Position numbers and translations under genes: made by a program
In this document: positions 25,991-27,076 of the stretch, one piece after another
Numbering within the stretch: position 1 is the first letter of the stretch
Layout of the letters: the number at the start of each line of letters is the position of its first letter
NCBI GenBank assembly: GCA_041500405.1
Contig: JBGQMB010000012.1
Span: 1-27,076 of the forward strand
DNA length: 27,076 nt
Origin: Candidatus Micrarchaeia archaeon
GTDB taxonomy: Archaea > Micrarchaeota > Micrarchaeia > Anstonellales > J096
Direction: 5' to 3'
The notes under the pieces: generated by a model
The model's input: only the letters and a program-made list of their open reading frames with translations
What the model was told of the DNA's origin: nothing
The model's database searches: none

Positions 25991-26461
25991 ATGGAAAAGA
26001 GGAAAGGCAGGATACGCGAGGCGCTTGCAAAGGCCAAGGAAAGACTATTCCACAAGCCGAAGCCGGATATGAAAGCGATACTGACAGAAGATCATCAGAA
26101 TTGGCTCAATTATATGCTCTGGAAAGCCGCAGAAACAGGAAACAACTCGGAGATAGTACGGCTTATCAAGACCGGCATTGACATCGCCGTAAAAGACAAT
26201 AATGAGTGGACAGCCCTGCACTTTGCAGCATTATGTGGGCAAACCCAAACCTGCGCTATGCTTATCGTAGAATACGCAAAAACAGGAAGTGACATAAAGG
26301 AATTCATTACTGCAAAGAACAAAAAAGGCTGGAAACCCCTGGACTTTGCCGCAGAGAGAGGGCATCCCAAAGCCGAGCAGTTCCTCGAGTCCATGGAATG
26401 GCTTGCGGACGCGACGGGAAACGCGTTCATGAAGCCCTTCGGCGAATGCATTGCAGGATGA
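25991..26461 (+). CDS. Ankyrin repeat protein (Ank3)
   Basis: KDNNEWTALHFAA and KNKKGWKPLDFAA. Start reassigned to ATG 25991 (TATA near 25959). Confidence 0.85.
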   Translation: MEKRKGRIREALAKAKERLFHKPKPDMKAILTEDHQNWLNYMLWKAAETGNNSEIVRLIKTGIDIAVKDNNEWTALHFAALCGQTQTCAMLIVEYAKTGSDIKEFITAKNKKGWKPLDFAAERGHPKAEQFLESMEWLADATGNAFMKPFGECIAG

Positions 26462-26492
26462 CTTTTTAATCCCTTTGCCGCACAATGTCATT

Positions 26493-27076
26493 ATGGAACA
26501 GCGGCAGGAACAGCAGGCCACCAAGCCCCAAAAACGCTGGGAGCGCACAAAAGAGGCGCTGGCGTCAACAGCAAAATCGCTGAAACGGGTTTTGGCAGGA
26601 AAACGGCTTGACAAGGCACTTGCCAGCGCTGCATTGAATGGCAATAACAAAGAGGTCGTGCGGCTCCTGAAGGCAGGCGCAAACATCGAAGCAAAGAGCA
26701 AAGGCGGTTTGACCGCGCTCATATCCGCCGCAGCACAAGGGGAAACCGAAATAGTCAGACTTCTGTTGGAAAAAGGCGCAAACATCGATGCAACCAATGA
26801 ATTGGGCGAGACCGCGTTCATATGTGCCGCAAGATGGGGGCGCACCGAAACCTGCGCTTTCCTGCTCGATAAGGGCGCAAACATAGAAGCAAAGGACAAC
26901 AACGGCTGGACCCCGCTCATGTTCGCCGCAAACAAACACATTGCAACCTGCACTTTACTGCTTGAAAAGGGCGCAAACATAGAAGCAAAGGACAACAACG
27001 GCAGTACCGCGCTCATACAAGCCGCAGCAGACGGGCGCATCCATATCTGCGAACTCCTTCTCAGTAAGGGCGCAAG
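26493..27076 (+). CDS. Ankyrin repeat protein (Ank4), truncated by the window end and absent from the ORF track
   Basis: Manual translation MEQRQEQQ...LLKAGANIEAKSKGGLTAL...KGANIEAKDNNGWTPLM. Exact 36-bp repeat at 26871-26906 and 26967-27002. Confidence 0.88.
   Translation, partial: MEQRQEQQATKPQKRWERTKEALASTAKSLKRVLAGKRLDKALASAALNGNNKEVVRLLKAGANIEAKSKGGLTALISAAAQGETEIVRLLLEKGANIDATNELGETAFICAARWGRTETCAFLLDKGANIEAKDNNGWTPLMFAANKHIATCTLLLEKGANIEAKDNNGSTALIQAAADGRIHICELLLSKGA

Noticed and set aside
26871..27002. Exact 36-bp repeats containing AAC codons as a CRISPR repeat or DGR template
   Set aside because: In-frame ankyrin units with a 96-nt period, only two copies, and no cas or RT genes.
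1..27076. Provirus, IS element or recognisable anti-phage defence system
   Set aside because: No integrase, transposase, capsid, nuclease or other hallmark protein is recognisable.

Overview
This is an archaeal chromosomal window; gene content and the compact promoter layout suggest a DPANN lineage such as Micrarchaeota (inference). Core genes are the RFC large subunit, tRNA-Gly(TCC), an NAD-dependent epimerase, an AmmeMemoRadiSam radical SAM enzyme, aTrm56, a Glu/Leu/Phe/Val dehydrogenase, an ADP-forming acyl-CoA synthetase beta subunit, SRP RNA, CTP synthase and ABCE1/Rli. Accessory repeat-protein genes are interleaved: secreted transglutaminase-like/TPR proteins, a trio of SNAP/TPR-like solenoid proteins and four ankyrin proteins. 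The most striking signal is stacked accessory genes beside core genes, with an orphaned copy of the anchor's end or promoter at the junctions. Examples are an orphan, synonymously diverged rfcL C-terminus at 2140-2225, a triplicated stop+TATA+signal-peptide leader, orphan tRNA-Gly 3' and 5' ends, and duplicated ankyrin promoters. No integrase or transposase is visible in the window, which suggests recurrent core-gene-anchored additive gene capture. Other points: an SRP RNA that appears to lack helix 6, an HTH + bacterial alpha-CTD-like protein, a novel W-x-G-x-G-x-P repeat protein, a shared F-x-[ED]-C tail on the ankyrins, a degenerate PP2C-fold protein, a stand-alone degenerate LAGLIDADG protein, and a palindromic repeat next to stable-RNA genes. 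All calls were made by eye, without database searches.
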